NCBI GenBank assembly: GCA_937975705.1
Contig: CALJTX010000019.1
Coordinates: 117,748-181,747 of the forward strand
Length of the DNA stretch: 64,000 nucleotides
DNA from: an uncultured Flavobacteriia bacterium
GTDB lineage: Bacteria; Bacteroidota; Bacteroidia; Flavobacteriales_D; Crocinitomicaceae
Direction: 5' to 3'
Below are positions 34,729 to 44,782 of this stretch, piece after piece. The stretch's first letter is position 1. Each line of letters opens with the position of its first letter. A program made the position numbers and the translations under genes. The notes under the pieces were generated by a model. The model was not told the origin of the DNA. It searched no databases and saw only the letters and a program-made list of their open reading frames with translations.

Positions 34729-35799
34729 CTATTTGAGTGGTATTCCTCTTGAACTAACAGGCCCAGTCGCTTTGCTTTTTTCAAGACTAAATGTAAATGT
34801 TGTACCCACGCCCACTTTACTTGCTACCTGAATTTGTTGTCCGTGTGACTCAATTATGTGCTTGACAATCGCGAGCCCAAGGCCTGAGCCACCTTCGTTG
34901 CGGTTGCGGCTTTTTTCGACGCGATAAAAACGCTCAAAAAGTCTTGGAAGGTGTTGGGGTTCTATACCAGCGCCGTCGTCATTGAATTCGATATTATAGG
35001 TGTTGTCAATTTGAACAACACTGACCCTCAACTGACCGCCTTCTTTTCCGTATGAAATGGCATTGCTAGCCAGATTCAGCAAGACCTGAGAAAGTTTATT
35101 TCTATCTGCATTGACATAACAGAAAGGATCGGAAGCATCAATACTGAGTCGGAAATGTTTTTCTCGGGCAATGAGTTCAAGTGTTTCATACGTTTCTTTG
35201 ACCAATTCAAGAAAGTCAAAGCTTCTGATATCTAATGGAATGCGCTCGAGTTCAAGTTTGGTGAGCTGATCGAGGTCGTCTAAGATGTGCGTCATGCGCT
35301 CAGTAGATTTTGAAGCGCGCTCTAAGAAGGTTTGAAGAATGGCAGGGTCTTCCATGCCGCCATCGAGCAGGGAGTCGATGTAGCCTTGAATAGAGAAAAC
35401 AGGTGTTTTGAGCTCGTGTGCCAAATTGCCCAAAAATTCTTTTCTGAAAGCGGCTTGCTCTTTGAGTTTTTCAATTTCTTGGTTGCGCTTTTGTTTCCAT
35501 TCTTTGACATCTTGCTCGCCTTGTGCAACGAGTTCATCAATAGATTGGTCCTTGCGCTGCTCGCTTTCTAAAGTTTGGATACTGCGGTAAATCAAGCTCA
35601 TGCGGTATTGCAAAAAGCGCTTGATGATGTAGTAAAAGATCGTGTAAGCAAAAATCCCGGAAACGAGCGGGATTAAAAAAAGCAAGGTGTTGCTTAGGGT
35701 AACAATTTGTAAGTGTACAAAAAGGGTAAAGAGAAAGGTCAGTATGTAAAATAAAATACTGCCACTTAGGATCAAGAAACTGGGTCTCGCTTTTCTCAC
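34729..35799 (-). CDS. sensor histidine kinase
   Basis: GTG start overlapping the regulator stop (GTGA). Two N-terminal TM helices. H-box 'HELKTPV', N-box 'LLNLASNAISYG', G-boxes 'DDGAGI' and 'GGSGLGLAIVK'. Confidence 0.85.
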   Translation of the reverse strand: MRKARPSFLILSGSILFYILTFLFTLFVHLQIVTLSNTLLFLIPLVSGIFAYTIFYYIIKRFLQYRMSLIYRSIQTLESEQRKDQSIDELVAQGEQDVKEWKQKRNQEIEKLKEQAAFRKEFLGNLAHELKTPVFSIQGYIDSLLDGGMEDPAILQTFLERASKSTERMTHILDDLDQLTKLELERIPLDIRSFDFLELVKETYETLELIAREKHFRLSIDASDPFCYVNADRNKLSQVLLNLASNAISYGKEGGQLRVSVVQIDNTYNIEFNDDGAGIEPQHLPRLFERFYRVEKSRNRNEGGSGLGLAIVKHIIESHGQQIQVASKVGVGTTFTFSLEKSKATGPVSSRGIPLK

Positions 35800-36476
35800 T
35801 TGTCATTGAAGGTATATCCGACGCCTTTTACGGTACGAATATACGCATCTCCGAGTTTTTCGCGCAATTTTCTGATATGAACATCAATAGTGCGTTCTCC
35901 AACAATGGTGTCATTGCCCCATACAACAGCTAGGATTTGATCGCGGTTGAAGACCTTACCGGGTCTGCTGGCCAAAAGTTCGAGTAATTCAAATTCTTTT
36001 TTGGGTAATTGCAATTCTTTCCCATCGAGTTCAACCACATAACGATCGCGGTCAATGGTAATGTTCGTTGCACCTTCAGCACCTTCTTTGCTTTTGAGTC
36101 GGCGCAAAAGTGATTCAATTTTGCTAATGAGTAATCGCGGTCTGATTGGTTTGTTGATGTAGTCGTCTGCACCTGCCTCAAAACCGGCAATTTGCGCGTA
36201 ATCTTCTGTTCTCGCGGTCAAGAAAGCAATAACAGGCTGTACCATGTTGAGGTCTTTTCTGATTACCTGACAGGTTTCAATGCCATCCATTTTTGGCATC
36301 ATGACATCGAGTAAAATGAGCGAAGGATTGATTTGTTGTACCAATCGGAGTGCTTCAATGCCGTTACTTGCAGTAAAGACCTTGTAGCCTTCTTTGCGCA
36401 CATTGTACGATAAAAACTCTAAGATATCTGGTTCGTCGTCAACGATCAGTATGGTATGTCCTTTTGTGTTTTCCAT
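35796..36476 (-). CDS. OmpR/PhoB-family response regulator
   Basis: Receiver 'ILIVDDEPDI ... LILLDVMMPKMDG' plus a winged-helix C-terminus 'IDVHIRKLREKL ... IRTVKGVGY'. Confidence 0.9.
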   Translation of the reverse strand: MENTKGHTILIVDDEPDILEFLSYNVRKEGYKVFTASNGIEALRLVQQINPSLILLDVMMPKMDGIETCQVIRKDLNMVQPVIAFLTARTEDYAQIAGFEAGADDYINKPIRPRLLISKIESLLRRLKSKEGAEGATNITIDRDRYVVELDGKELQLPKKEFELLELLASRPGKVFNRDQILAVVWGNDTIVGERTIDVHIRKLREKLGDAYIRTVKGVGYTFNDK

Positions 36477-36497
36477 CGTTTTCAGCGTTTAAAAAAA

Positions 36498-36517
36498 GAG
36501 GGGGCCGAAGCCCCCTC
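36498..36517. terminator. bidirectional rho-independent terminator downstream of the 847-aa gene
   Basis: GAGGGGGC / GCCCCCTC stem with a 4-nt loop, flanked by an A7 run (36491-36497) and TTT. Confidence 0.7.
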
Positions 36518-36533
36518 TTTGTGCGTGAGCTAA

Positions 36534-39077
36534 TTATTTACGAATCAAGAGGTGTTTTACGCCCACTTGATTTGCATTGATCAGTTGAACCGTATAGCTT
36601 CCTGAAGCAAGTTCGCTTACATCCACAGGAAGAAGCATCGCACCAACTTCATTGATTTGCTGTGTGTAAACCAAACGACCAGTTGCATCTAGGATATGCA
36701 ATGAAGCACTTGTATTGTTTTCAAAAGCTACGATTACTTGTTCTGAAGCTGGGTTAGGATATACCTCAAAGCTCATTTTGTTTGCTTCTTCGATACCAAC
36801 TTCAATAGCAATTTCGAAAGTTGCAGTAGATGAGCAGTTGCCATTGATTGCTGTTAGAACAACACTGTAGTTACCGTTTGCAGCGTAAGCATGTGCTGGT
36901 GCAGTTGCTGATGAGTTGGTGAAATCACCGAAATCCCAAGAGTAAGAAGTAGCACCAGTAGAAGTGTTGGCAAAAGTCACGACATTACCTGCTGTTGTGA
37001 AAGAACCTGCGGCTGTTGGCGTTGCTGTAAAGGTAATGGTAGAAGTTGCAGATTGGCCTACACCATTACAAGCATTCGTGTTTGTTACGGTTACAGAAAC
37101 GGTAGCATTGTCGGTAACTTGGATACTTTGGGTAGTCTCACCTGTAGACCACAAATAAGAATCAGCTGCAGATGACGTAACCGTTACGACATCACCAGAA
37201 CACGCTTGTGTGCTAGATGCGCTGATAGTAGGAGTAGGAGCGTTAGAAACGTTCACAGAAATTGGAGCAGAAGTACTTGTACAACCGTTTGCATCAGTTA
37301 CTGTAACTGTGTAACTACCTGATGTAGAAACGGTAATGGTTGCAGTTGTAGCTTGTGTTGACCATGAATTGCCAGTTGAAGCGCTAGAAGTAAGGTCTAC
37401 AGAACTACCTGTACAAAACGATGTTGAGCCGCTAGCTGTAATCACTGGTGTTGCAGGAAGTGCATTGATCACTACTGTAATAGCTGCACGCATACTTTCG
37501 TCATTACCTACGTTTGCTTGAGAAACGTAATACGTGTATGTTCCGGCTGTTGTGGTGCTTGGTACTGGAGCCGTAGTGGTGTAAGTTCCACCAGTTGCTT
37601 GTGTATACCAACGAAGTGAATTTCCAGTAAGGGCAGTAGCACTTAAAGCAGTTGCAGTTGCACCCTGGCAATAAGTAAAGTTAGTTGTAGCCACAACAGG
37701 CGTAGCCACAGAGTAAAATTTCGCATTCATGAAGTTACCGTTTGCAGCTGCAGCTGATCCTGCGCCCAAACGCGCATCTGGTGTAACACCAAGTGCTGGA
37801 AACAAATTCACCCAATTGATTTGAGCTAAAGTAGCTGTGGTATCATTGCCATCCGGACCCATGAAAGAAAGGTAAAAAGCTGCAGTTGATGCTGCGCCTG
37901 TTCCTGTTCCGGCGTTGTAAATCGTATTTGTGTTTGCTGCGTAGTTGCTCAACGTGTTGTGACCAAAAACAAGGGTGTCGCCATTTACGTTGTTTACAAC
38001 AGCAGTTCCTTCAATTGACAAGCCTTTTTCCCAACCAGTGGTAAGTGTATTGAAAACTGAAGTAGCCGTATTTCTTCTCAAGCGGAATGATTTTTCAAAT
38101 TTCTCACCGACAGGAAGTGCTGTTGTACCGTCTCCTTTTGGCCCTACGATTGTGCCGTTCGAGAAGATTGGAGCTGTTTTTGGTTGTGCTGTAGAGCCAG
38201 CTGCATCGTTGTCAGATTCAAAAGAGTTAGAGTCACCAGCGGCATCAGACATGTCTTTGTCTCGGATTGAAAGGAAGAATTGAACTTTTCCTCTGTAACC
38301 AAAATCGGTATCGAAATCGTCATCTATACCGCGGTAAGCGATGATGTGCTTACAGTTGACTGTTCCACCAAACCACTCATAAGAGTCGTCGCCAGAGAAA
38401 GAAACTTGCGTGTAATCTACAATAGTTTGATTCCCTACAGAACCAAAAGTGATGCCATTGATTTCTTTGTTGGGCTCGAGTGCAATACCTGCAAACTCAA
38501 CGCGCACATAACGCAGAATTCCTGAGTTGTCGTTGTCGAAGTTTCCGCCAAATTGCGAATCTGTGGTTGGAACAATACCTTCGATATTTGCAACACCACC
38601 CGGTTGGTTGTTTTTAGCCAAACCTAAAATTACCAATCCTCCCCAGTCACCTTCGTTGCGCGCACCTACGGCTTCGTTAGAGGTGAAAACAATTGGGTTG
38701 GCAGCAGTACCGTCGGCAATAATTTTAGCACCACGTGTGATAATTAAAGAACCTTGCGTCAATTTGTCTCCGCGGATGATTGTTCCTGGTGCAATTGTTA
38801 ATGTCGCGTTGTTTTTGACATAAACTTTGTTCATCAGCTTTACCACACCACTCCATGTTGTGTTTGTAGTGATATCAGCTGAAACAGTAGTGATGGTTGC
38901 AGGATAAACTGTGTTTTCTGGATCGAAGTTTGTCCAGCCGGAAGTCCAGTCTGTAGCTGGGGTGTTGTCAGTTACTGGAAATGCGCCACGATAAGTAGTG
39001 GGTGTCCAGAAAGCATCCTGAGCCATGGCAAAAGAACCAAAGCAAAGGGCAGTCAAGAGGGTGTAAAGTTTTTTCAT
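36534..39077 (-). CDS. T9SS-secreted cell-surface protein with beta-helix-like N-terminal region, Ig-like/PKD repeats and T9SS C-terminal sorting domain
   Basis: Signal peptide MKKLYTLLTALCFGSFAMAQ. Ig-like 'LRWYTQATGGTYTTTAPVPSTTTAGTYTYYVSQ'. PKD-like 'YSWDFGDFTNSSATAPAHAYAANGNYSVVLTA'. C-terminal 'SGSYTVQLINANQVGVKHLLIRK'. Confidence 0.7.
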   Translation of the reverse strand: MKKLYTLLTALCFGSFAMAQDAFWTPTTYRGAFPVTDNTPATDWTSGWTNFDPENTVYPATITTVSADITTNTTWSGVVKLMNKVYVKNNATLTIAPGTIIRGDKLTQGSLIITRGAKIIADGTAANPIVFTSNEAVGARNEGDWGGLVILGLAKNNQPGGVANIEGIVPTTDSQFGGNFDNDNSGILRYVRVEFAGIALEPNKEINGITFGSVGNQTIVDYTQVSFSGDDSYEWFGGTVNCKHIIAYRGIDDDFDTDFGYRGKVQFFLSIRDKDMSDAAGDSNSFESDNDAAGSTAQPKTAPIFSNGTIVGPKGDGTTALPVGEKFEKSFRLRRNTATSVFNTLTTGWEKGLSIEGTAVVNNVNGDTLVFGHNTLSNYAANTNTIYNAGTGTGAASTAAFYLSFMGPDGNDTTATLAQINWVNLFPALGVTPDARLGAGSAAAANGNFMNAKFYSVATPVVATTNFTYCQGATATALSATALTGNSLRWYTQATGGTYTTTAPVPSTTTAGTYTYYVSQANVGNDESMRAAITVVINALPATPVITASGSTSFCTGSSVDLTSSASTGNSWSTQATTATITVSTSGSYTVTVTDANGCTSTSAPISVNVSNAPTPTISASSTQACSGDVVTVTSSAADSYLWSTGETTQSIQVTDNATVSVTVTNTNACNGVGQSATSTITFTATPTAAGSFTTAGNVVTFANTSTGATSYSWDFGDFTNSSATAPAHAYAANGNYSVVLTAINGNCSSTATFEIAIEVGIEEANKMSFEVYPNPASEQVIVAFENNTSASLHILDATGRLVYTQQINEVGAMLLPVDVSELASGSYTVQLINANQVGVKHLLIRK

Positions 39078-39196
39078 CTTTTTTAAATTTTAACTGAGGC
39101 AAAGTTCTTGCGTATTCAGTTGGGTCAAGTTATAGCTCCCTTAAGTTTGCTTTAAATGTGTGTTAAGCATGTGGAACAATTCCTTAACATTGGCTT

Positions 39197-42046
39197 CTAG
39201 AATTTGTATTTGAAGTTCAAAGTGATGGTCTGACCAAAGGTGATTTCTTGCCAAGCACTGTCCACACCTTTGTCGTAGCGCTTGTTTTTGTTGATGTCTT
39301 GGAAGAATACGAGGTCTTGTGCAAGAAGGTCAGCACAATTTAATTTTACTTCGTATTTGTCTTTCCAAGTTTTAGCAATTTGGAAATCGAGTACGTGGCG
39401 TCCATTTTCCCAAACACTTGGTTCTTGGATACTACCTGCAATGGCAATTCTTTGACCAACATAGTTGTAAGAGAAGTTGACCATTAAATCTTTCTGACTT
39501 TCATAGAAGAGGCCAACGTTGAGGATGTACGGCGATTGACCTTGAAGTGGTCTTGTAGAGCCAGGATATTCTTCTAGCCCTGCAAATGCGCTGAGGTCAG
39601 CAGCAGACCGGATCAAAGAAGCATTCGTGTAGAAAGTTGTTCTAGAAAATACGGAGTTAGAATCTGTACGATTCAACCAACCGAGATTCATGCGGTATTC
39701 CAATTCAGCACCATAGCTTGTCGCTTTATTGATGTTGTTAAAGTAGAGTTCGGGTGTACCAGAGGTTCCGGTTCTAAGCAATAACTCAATTGGATTCTGG
39801 AAGGTTTTGTAAAAACCAGACATACTGATCACCTGACCCTTTCCAGGAAAGTATTCCAAGCGCGTATCATAATTGTTGATGGTCGCACGCTTCAATTGTG
39901 GATTACCAGAAGCTAAATTATCGTTGAGAAAGTTATAAAAGGTGAAAGGAGCCAATTCGCGAAATTCCGGACGGCTAACGGTGCGTGCAGCACTTGCTCT
40001 CCATTGAAATCGCGTTGTGATTTTGTAGGTCAAGTTCAAAGAAGGCAATAAATCAAGTACAGTTGTATCGAGGTATTTATCTGCATTAGAACCAAATTCA
40101 ACATAATGGAATTTTTGCTGGTAAGCCTCTGCACGAACACCGGTCACCACACGAAGTTTAGTAAACAGTTTGGTATCGATCATGGCGTATGCAGCGTTCA
40201 ACAAAGACGACGCATCGTAACTATCGTCCACATTGGTTCCTTCTTCTAGTTTGAAACCACCTTGTCCATCGGCCATTTGACCAAGGTTTTCTGTGGCAAA
40301 AATTTGGTCTTCAGGTAAGAGCAACAAGTTAGAGTTGAATGAAGAAGATCCGGCTGGGTCATATTTAGAAAAACCGAGGTTGCGGGCAGCGAAGTCACGA
40401 CCTCTGTACTGATGGAAACCGCCAAATTTCAGGTAGTTTTTAGAATTGTCACCGCCAATTTGTTTGCTTAGATCGTAACGCGCACTTGAGATATTTTCAG
40501 ACATAGTAGACCAAAACATGTTCCCGGCCCCAAGTGTGGAGATGTCGTTGTTTTGAATGACAGCAAAATAGGGCAAAGTGGTATCTACTTGTTGGTAAAC
40601 CATGCGACGCAAGAAGGGAATATCGCGCTTGACGTTGCTGTAACCAATTGTCCAGTTGAATTTCCAGTCGTCTTTGAAATCGTGCTTTCCGATCAATTGT
40701 GTCGTGAGCAAGTTATTTTGGGTATACCAGATATTGGTTGAGCGTTCGTTGTACATCGATTCGATATCCATGTCGCGCTTGCCCTGACGGGTATTTACTT
40801 TGTCGTCAGATGAGATAGAGTAAAGTGTTTTGAGTTGTAATTCTGTTTTCTTTCCAAGATCCAATTTCAAATTGAGCAATCCGGTGTTGAGAATTGATTT
40901 TGTATAGGCAGAATCTTTGAGTTCGTTCTTTGTCACGACACCTGTTGCTTGTTCTTCAAACTCACGGCGTGTCACTAAACTAAAGTTATTGGCATTGCTG
41001 TAAGAATAAGCAAACACATAAGATAGACTCTTTTTGTCCTTGAGGTCAACTTTATTTCCTACGCTATATTGAAGGCTACCATTGGGCAAGGCAGTTCCAC
41101 GAGATGTAGACCAATTTGAAGGAATCAGTTTTGCAAAGTCAGCTTTTTGTTGGGCGCTGAGTGCATTGAATTCGGCTGTACTTGGTAATCCGTCTGGAAT
41201 GGCTCTTGTATTGGTTCCAAAACCGAGCAAATCTGTTGCGCCGCCGTTATAAGTTTTGAAATCTTTACCTGTACTAATGGTGTTGTAGCCCATTCCGATT
41301 TGAATGTTTTGAAATTTTTCTGATCTAGGCTCCACTGTTTTAATGTCGATGACCCCACCGGCAAATTCTCCTGGTAGTTCTGGTGTGGCACTTTTCATGA
41401 TGAAGAGATTTTCGAGCATGTTTGAAGGGAAAATATCAAATGAAAAGGCTTTGCGGTCACTTTCTGTACTTGGTAGTGGCGCACCGTTGATCAGTGCAAA
41501 GTTGTAACGGTCAGAAAGACCGCGCACCACTACAAATTTGTTGTCTTGGACACTCGCTCCACTTACGCGCTTGAATACTTGAGAAACTCTTGAATCTGGT
41601 GTCTTGATAAACGTGTTTTTATTGATACCATCAACAACTCCAGCTTGGTTAATCTGCATTTTGGTTACCTCAAGATCCCCTTTGTTTTTATCTGATTTGC
41701 GCTCAATGCGAATTTCACCAGTTGTTTGTGATTTGGTTTTCAAGATAGCTTGAGTTGTGGTTGTTTGACCTTCTTGTACCGCAAGACTTGCAGATTTAAA
41801 GGTTTCAAATCCTGGTGCTTTGATTTCAACTGTATAGGTACCTGCAGGGAGTGCACTGAATAGAAAGGTGCCTTTATCAAGGTCTACAGTAGCTTTGTTG
41901 GCTATAGATAAACGGACAGTAAATTCTTTGACTGGGTTGTTGTTGTCGTCGAGAACTGTGCCAGAAATGGCTCCTGTTTGAGCGTTTACTTGGCTTGAAA
42001 ATAGACCAACGACGAATAGCGTAAGGGCAAGGGTAAAATACTTCAT
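39197..42046 (-). CDS. TonB-dependent receptor with CarboxypepD_reg N-terminal domain
   Basis: 'ISGTVLDDNNNPV' carboxypeptidase-regulatory-like domain, plug 'VVVRGLSDRYNFALINGAPLPS', large beta-barrel ending in aromatic '...LNFKYKF'. Confidence 0.85.
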   Translation of the reverse strand: MKYFTLALTLFVVGLFSSQVNAQTGAISGTVLDDNNNPVKEFTVRLSIANKATVDLDKGTFLFSALPAGTYTVEIKAPGFETFKSASLAVQEGQTTTTQAILKTKSQTTGEIRIERKSDKNKGDLEVTKMQINQAGVVDGINKNTFIKTPDSRVSQVFKRVSGASVQDNKFVVVRGLSDRYNFALINGAPLPSTESDRKAFSFDIFPSNMLENLFIMKSATPELPGEFAGGVIDIKTVEPRSEKFQNIQIGMGYNTISTGKDFKTYNGGATDLLGFGTNTRAIPDGLPSTAEFNALSAQQKADFAKLIPSNWSTSRGTALPNGSLQYSVGNKVDLKDKKSLSYVFAYSYSNANNFSLVTRREFEEQATGVVTKNELKDSAYTKSILNTGLLNLKLDLGKKTELQLKTLYSISSDDKVNTRQGKRDMDIESMYNERSTNIWYTQNNLLTTQLIGKHDFKDDWKFNWTIGYSNVKRDIPFLRRMVYQQVDTTLPYFAVIQNNDISTLGAGNMFWSTMSENISSARYDLSKQIGGDNSKNYLKFGGFHQYRGRDFAARNLGFSKYDPAGSSSFNSNLLLLPEDQIFATENLGQMADGQGGFKLEEGTNVDDSYDASSLLNAAYAMIDTKLFTKLRVVTGVRAEAYQQKFHYVEFGSNADKYLDTTVLDLLPSLNLTYKITTRFQWRASAARTVSRPEFRELAPFTFYNFLNDNLASGNPQLKRATINNYDTRLEYFPGKGQVISMSGFYKTFQNPIELLLRTGTSGTPELYFNNINKATSYGAELEYRMNLGWLNRTDSNSVFSRTTFYTNASLIRSAADLSAFAGLEEYPGSTRPLQGQSPYILNVGLFYESQKDLMVNFSYNYVGQRIAIAGSIQEPSVWENGRHVLDFQIAKTWKDKYEVKLNCADLLAQDLVFFQDINKNKRYDKGVDSAWQEITFGQTITLNFKYKF

Positions 42047-42165
42047 TTGTTATCTTTAAATAATAGTGCAAAGGTCAATTTGTATCTTGACGATTACATT
42101 AATCAAAGATTAATAAAGCATTAATAAGCCGTTCCTATTTGTTAACATTGACATAACATAGAAAA

Positions 42166-42185
42166 GGGAGGCTTGTGGGCCTCCC
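42166..42185. terminator. rho-independent terminator downstream of the OmpA/TSP3 gene
   Basis: GGGAGGC / GCCTCCC stem with a 6-nt loop, flanked by GAAAA and TTTCTTTTT. Confidence 0.65.
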
Positions 42186-42211
42186 TTTCTTTTTGAGTTG
42201 TATTTGCTTAT

Positions 42212-44782
42212 TTATTCAAAAACGATTTTCATCTCGACGCGACGGTTTTTCTGGCGTCCTTCAGGTGTATCGTTCGGAGCAATTGGTTTGGTTTCGCCGA
42301 AATAAAGTGTAATGATACGAGATGCATCAACACCTTGACTGATCAAATATGCTTTGAGCGCTTCGGCACGTTTTTTAGAAAGTACTAGATTGAGGTTGTC
42401 GTCTCCGACGTTGTCTGTGTGGCCGGAAATTTCGAGCTTCCAGGTCGGTTTTTTCTTGAGTACTTCTGCAAGCTCGTTGAGCGATGGTTTGGAGCTTTCA
42501 AAGATGATATCTTTTGCCGTTTCAAACTCGAGGTTATTGAAAGCAGTTTTAAGTACTTCAATGACTGCTTGTTCAATCACTGGGCAACCTTTGTTGGATT
42601 TAGGCCCTGGTGTATTCGGGCAGTCGTCGTCTTTGTCGAGCAAGCCGTCTGCATCGGAGTCTTTGTAAGGGCAGCCTTTGTTGGCTTTTGGTCCAGCGAG
42701 GTTCGGGCAGTCGTCGTCTTTGTCGAGTAAGCCATCTGCGTCGGTGTCTGGCCACGGGCAACCTTGGTTCTCTTTCGGACCCGCTATTTGAGGGCAGTTG
42801 TCCACAAAGTCAAACAAGCCGTCTTGGTCTTGGTCTGGGCAGCCTTGGTTTTCTTTCGGACCCGCGTTTTGTGGGCATACATCTTCTGCATCAGTAACGC
42901 CATCTCCATCTTGATCCGGACAACCTTTCAAGGCTGCAATGCCGGCAACGGTTGGGCAAGCGTCTTCGGAATCGATGATTTTATCTCCATCGGTATCCGG
43001 GCAACCTTTGAATTCTTTGAGGCCGGCAACGGTTGGGCAAGCATCTTCGGAGTCGATAATTTTATCGCCATCTGTGTCGGGGCAACCTTTGAATTCTTTG
43101 AGACCAGCAACAGTAACACAAGCATCCTCTGAATCCGGAATGCCATCGCCGTCTGTGTCAGGGCAACCTAAGAATGCCCAAGTTCCTGGCACGTTTTTGC
43201 ATTCGTCCATTTTGTCGGAAACTTTGTCTTTGTCTTTGTCTTTGACGCGGTGATACAAAATGGGCAAGCGCAATCCGGCATAAAAGTCTACACCACTGAT
43301 TTCACCTTTTGCACGCAGCAAATGCATGTCGTTCATCCCTAAGATAACTGGGCCAATGCGCGTGGCCAAGCCTGTGCGCAAACCGCTGTATTTGTTGTAG
43401 GCAATCGGGAAATAAAGTCCAAAATATGGGCTGTCAAAGCTTGGCGTAAGTGAGAGCTGGCTGGCAATATTCACTTTCGTATCCTTGTTCTTAGGAATCA
43501 TGTTGAGCATGGCTGTAGCGTTCACATAAAAGTAACTCCAGATATGGTAGTCTAGTTGCAAGCTCATGGCTGTCGGTGTGCGCATGCGGTAGGTTTGTGC
43601 GGGATCCTGAAGTGAAACCCATTCTCCGTTATTGGCCGCCGTAGATTCGTTAATGAGCGTATCGATAACCATGTCGAATGTTTCTAGATCGGTTGCATTT
43701 TCAAAGCGGTGTAAATTAAACAGCGAGCTTGAATTCACAACGAAGTTGCGGCTCAAGCCACCTTTAGTAAATTTCATGGAACCCATATCGAGCATGGAAA
43801 ACCCGACGCGCGCCTTGTATTTGTTTTCATTGCGCATCCAGAGGTCGGTTTTGCCGTCCATATCGTATTTGTATTTTGCGTAATTCGGACGCCATTCGTA
43901 AACCGCACCTAAATCCAGTCCAAAACCTATAGAACCTGGCTTGAGGTAGCTGCCTATGTTGTTGCTATTGATGTCTCCGTTTACTCCTGCGGTGATAAAA
44001 TCACCAACTTCTTTGGAATAACCGTAGTCAAATGTACCGGCTAAATATTGGGAGGTGTCTTCGTTGATGAGGTTGTAACTAAAATCTTTGGTGTGTACAT
44101 AGGCACTCGCAAAGCCAAGTAATATTTTAGGACTGATGCCAATTTTTAAGAAATGTTCTTTGTTGTCGATGAGGACTTGGCTGTAATTGAAGCCAATTTC
44201 GCTCCATGTCATGTGGTCCACATTGACGAGCTCTTCATTGAGCTGCATGTTCCAGAGTGCTGGGTATTCCAGGCCTTCTTCGGATAATACGGCCAACTTC
44301 GGATCCATGTTGTCTACATTGGTAATGGAGCGCAAATTGGCATAAAGGCCCAAAGAGCGTTTTTCGCCAATATGGAAGGCCAAATTGAATAAGTCGAGTC
44401 TGAAATTGATATTGGCGCCTAATACACCATTGGAGCTAGCATTGTAATTGTGTACAATGAGGCGGTCAATAAAAGTAGATGATGGATAAGCCCAAGAATT
44501 GAGAATGGCCGTGTCTGTAAGGGATTTGGCCCACCAATAGCCGCCGTTTCCTTGTTGGTTGCGCATGGCATCTGCAGAGAAGTACCCAAAATTTTGATAG
44601 GTAAAAAGGTTCAAAGCGGGTAATGCCAAGTCCATTTTATAACGGCCGTCTACAAAAGAAGCCGGGTTGACTAAATTGCCCATCGCGCCAGCGTAGTTAC
44701 TCGAGCTCACCCCTAAATAAGCCTGTGCTTGTACTTGAAAGGTGCTGAGCAGCAATAGAAATGACCAGATTGATTTTCTCAT
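42212..44782 (-). CDS. OmpA-family protein with N-terminal beta-barrel-like domain and seven thrombospondin type-3 (Ca-binding) repeats
   Basis: Signal peptide. Repeats 'GCPDTDGDGIPDSEDAC' x7. C-terminal OmpA-like peptidoglycan-binding domain 'ISGHTDNVGDDNLNLVLSKKRAEAL ... NRRVEMKI'. Confidence 0.8.
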   Translation of the reverse strand: MRKSIWSFLLLLSTFQVQAQAYLGVSSSNYAGAMGNLVNPASFVDGRYKMDLALPALNLFTYQNFGYFSADAMRNQQGNGGYWWAKSLTDTAILNSWAYPSSTFIDRLIVHNYNASSNGVLGANINFRLDLFNLAFHIGEKRSLGLYANLRSITNVDNMDPKLAVLSEEGLEYPALWNMQLNEELVNVDHMTWSEIGFNYSQVLIDNKEHFLKIGISPKILLGFASAYVHTKDFSYNLINEDTSQYLAGTFDYGYSKEVGDFITAGVNGDINSNNIGSYLKPGSIGFGLDLGAVYEWRPNYAKYKYDMDGKTDLWMRNENKYKARVGFSMLDMGSMKFTKGGLSRNFVVNSSSLFNLHRFENATDLETFDMVIDTLINESTAANNGEWVSLQDPAQTYRMRTPTAMSLQLDYHIWSYFYVNATAMLNMIPKNKDTKVNIASQLSLTPSFDSPYFGLYFPIAYNKYSGLRTGLATRIGPVILGMNDMHLLRAKGEISGVDFYAGLRLPILYHRVKDKDKDKVSDKMDECKNVPGTWAFLGCPDTDGDGIPDSEDACVTVAGLKEFKGCPDTDGDKIIDSEDACPTVAGLKEFKGCPDTDGDKIIDSEDACPTVAGIAALKGCPDQDGDGVTDAEDVCPQNAGPKENQGCPDQDQDGLFDFVDNCPQIAGPKENQGCPWPDTDADGLLDKDDDCPNLAGPKANKGCPYKDSDADGLLDKDDDCPNTPGPKSNKGCPVIEQAVIEVLKTAFNNLEFETAKDIIFESSKPSLNELAEVLKKKPTWKLEISGHTDNVGDDNLNLVLSKKRAEALKAYLISQGVDASRIITLYFGETKPIAPNDTPEGRQKNRRVEMKIVFE
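42581..43216 (-). repeat. in-frame tandem coding repeats (TSP3 units), including two near-identical 81-nt copies
   Basis: The unit starting GCCGGCAACGGTTGGGCAAGC at 42941 recurs at 43022 with only a few substitutions. It encodes CPDTDGDKIIDSEDACPTVAGLKEFKG twice. Five more diverged units flank these. Confidence 0.85.

Noticed and set aside
42354-43253. Several 95-122-aa + strand ORFs inside the OmpA/TSP3 gene
   Set aside because: They overlap the strongly supported minus-strand TSP3 repeats. They are repeat-driven open frames on the opposite strand with no start context or motifs.
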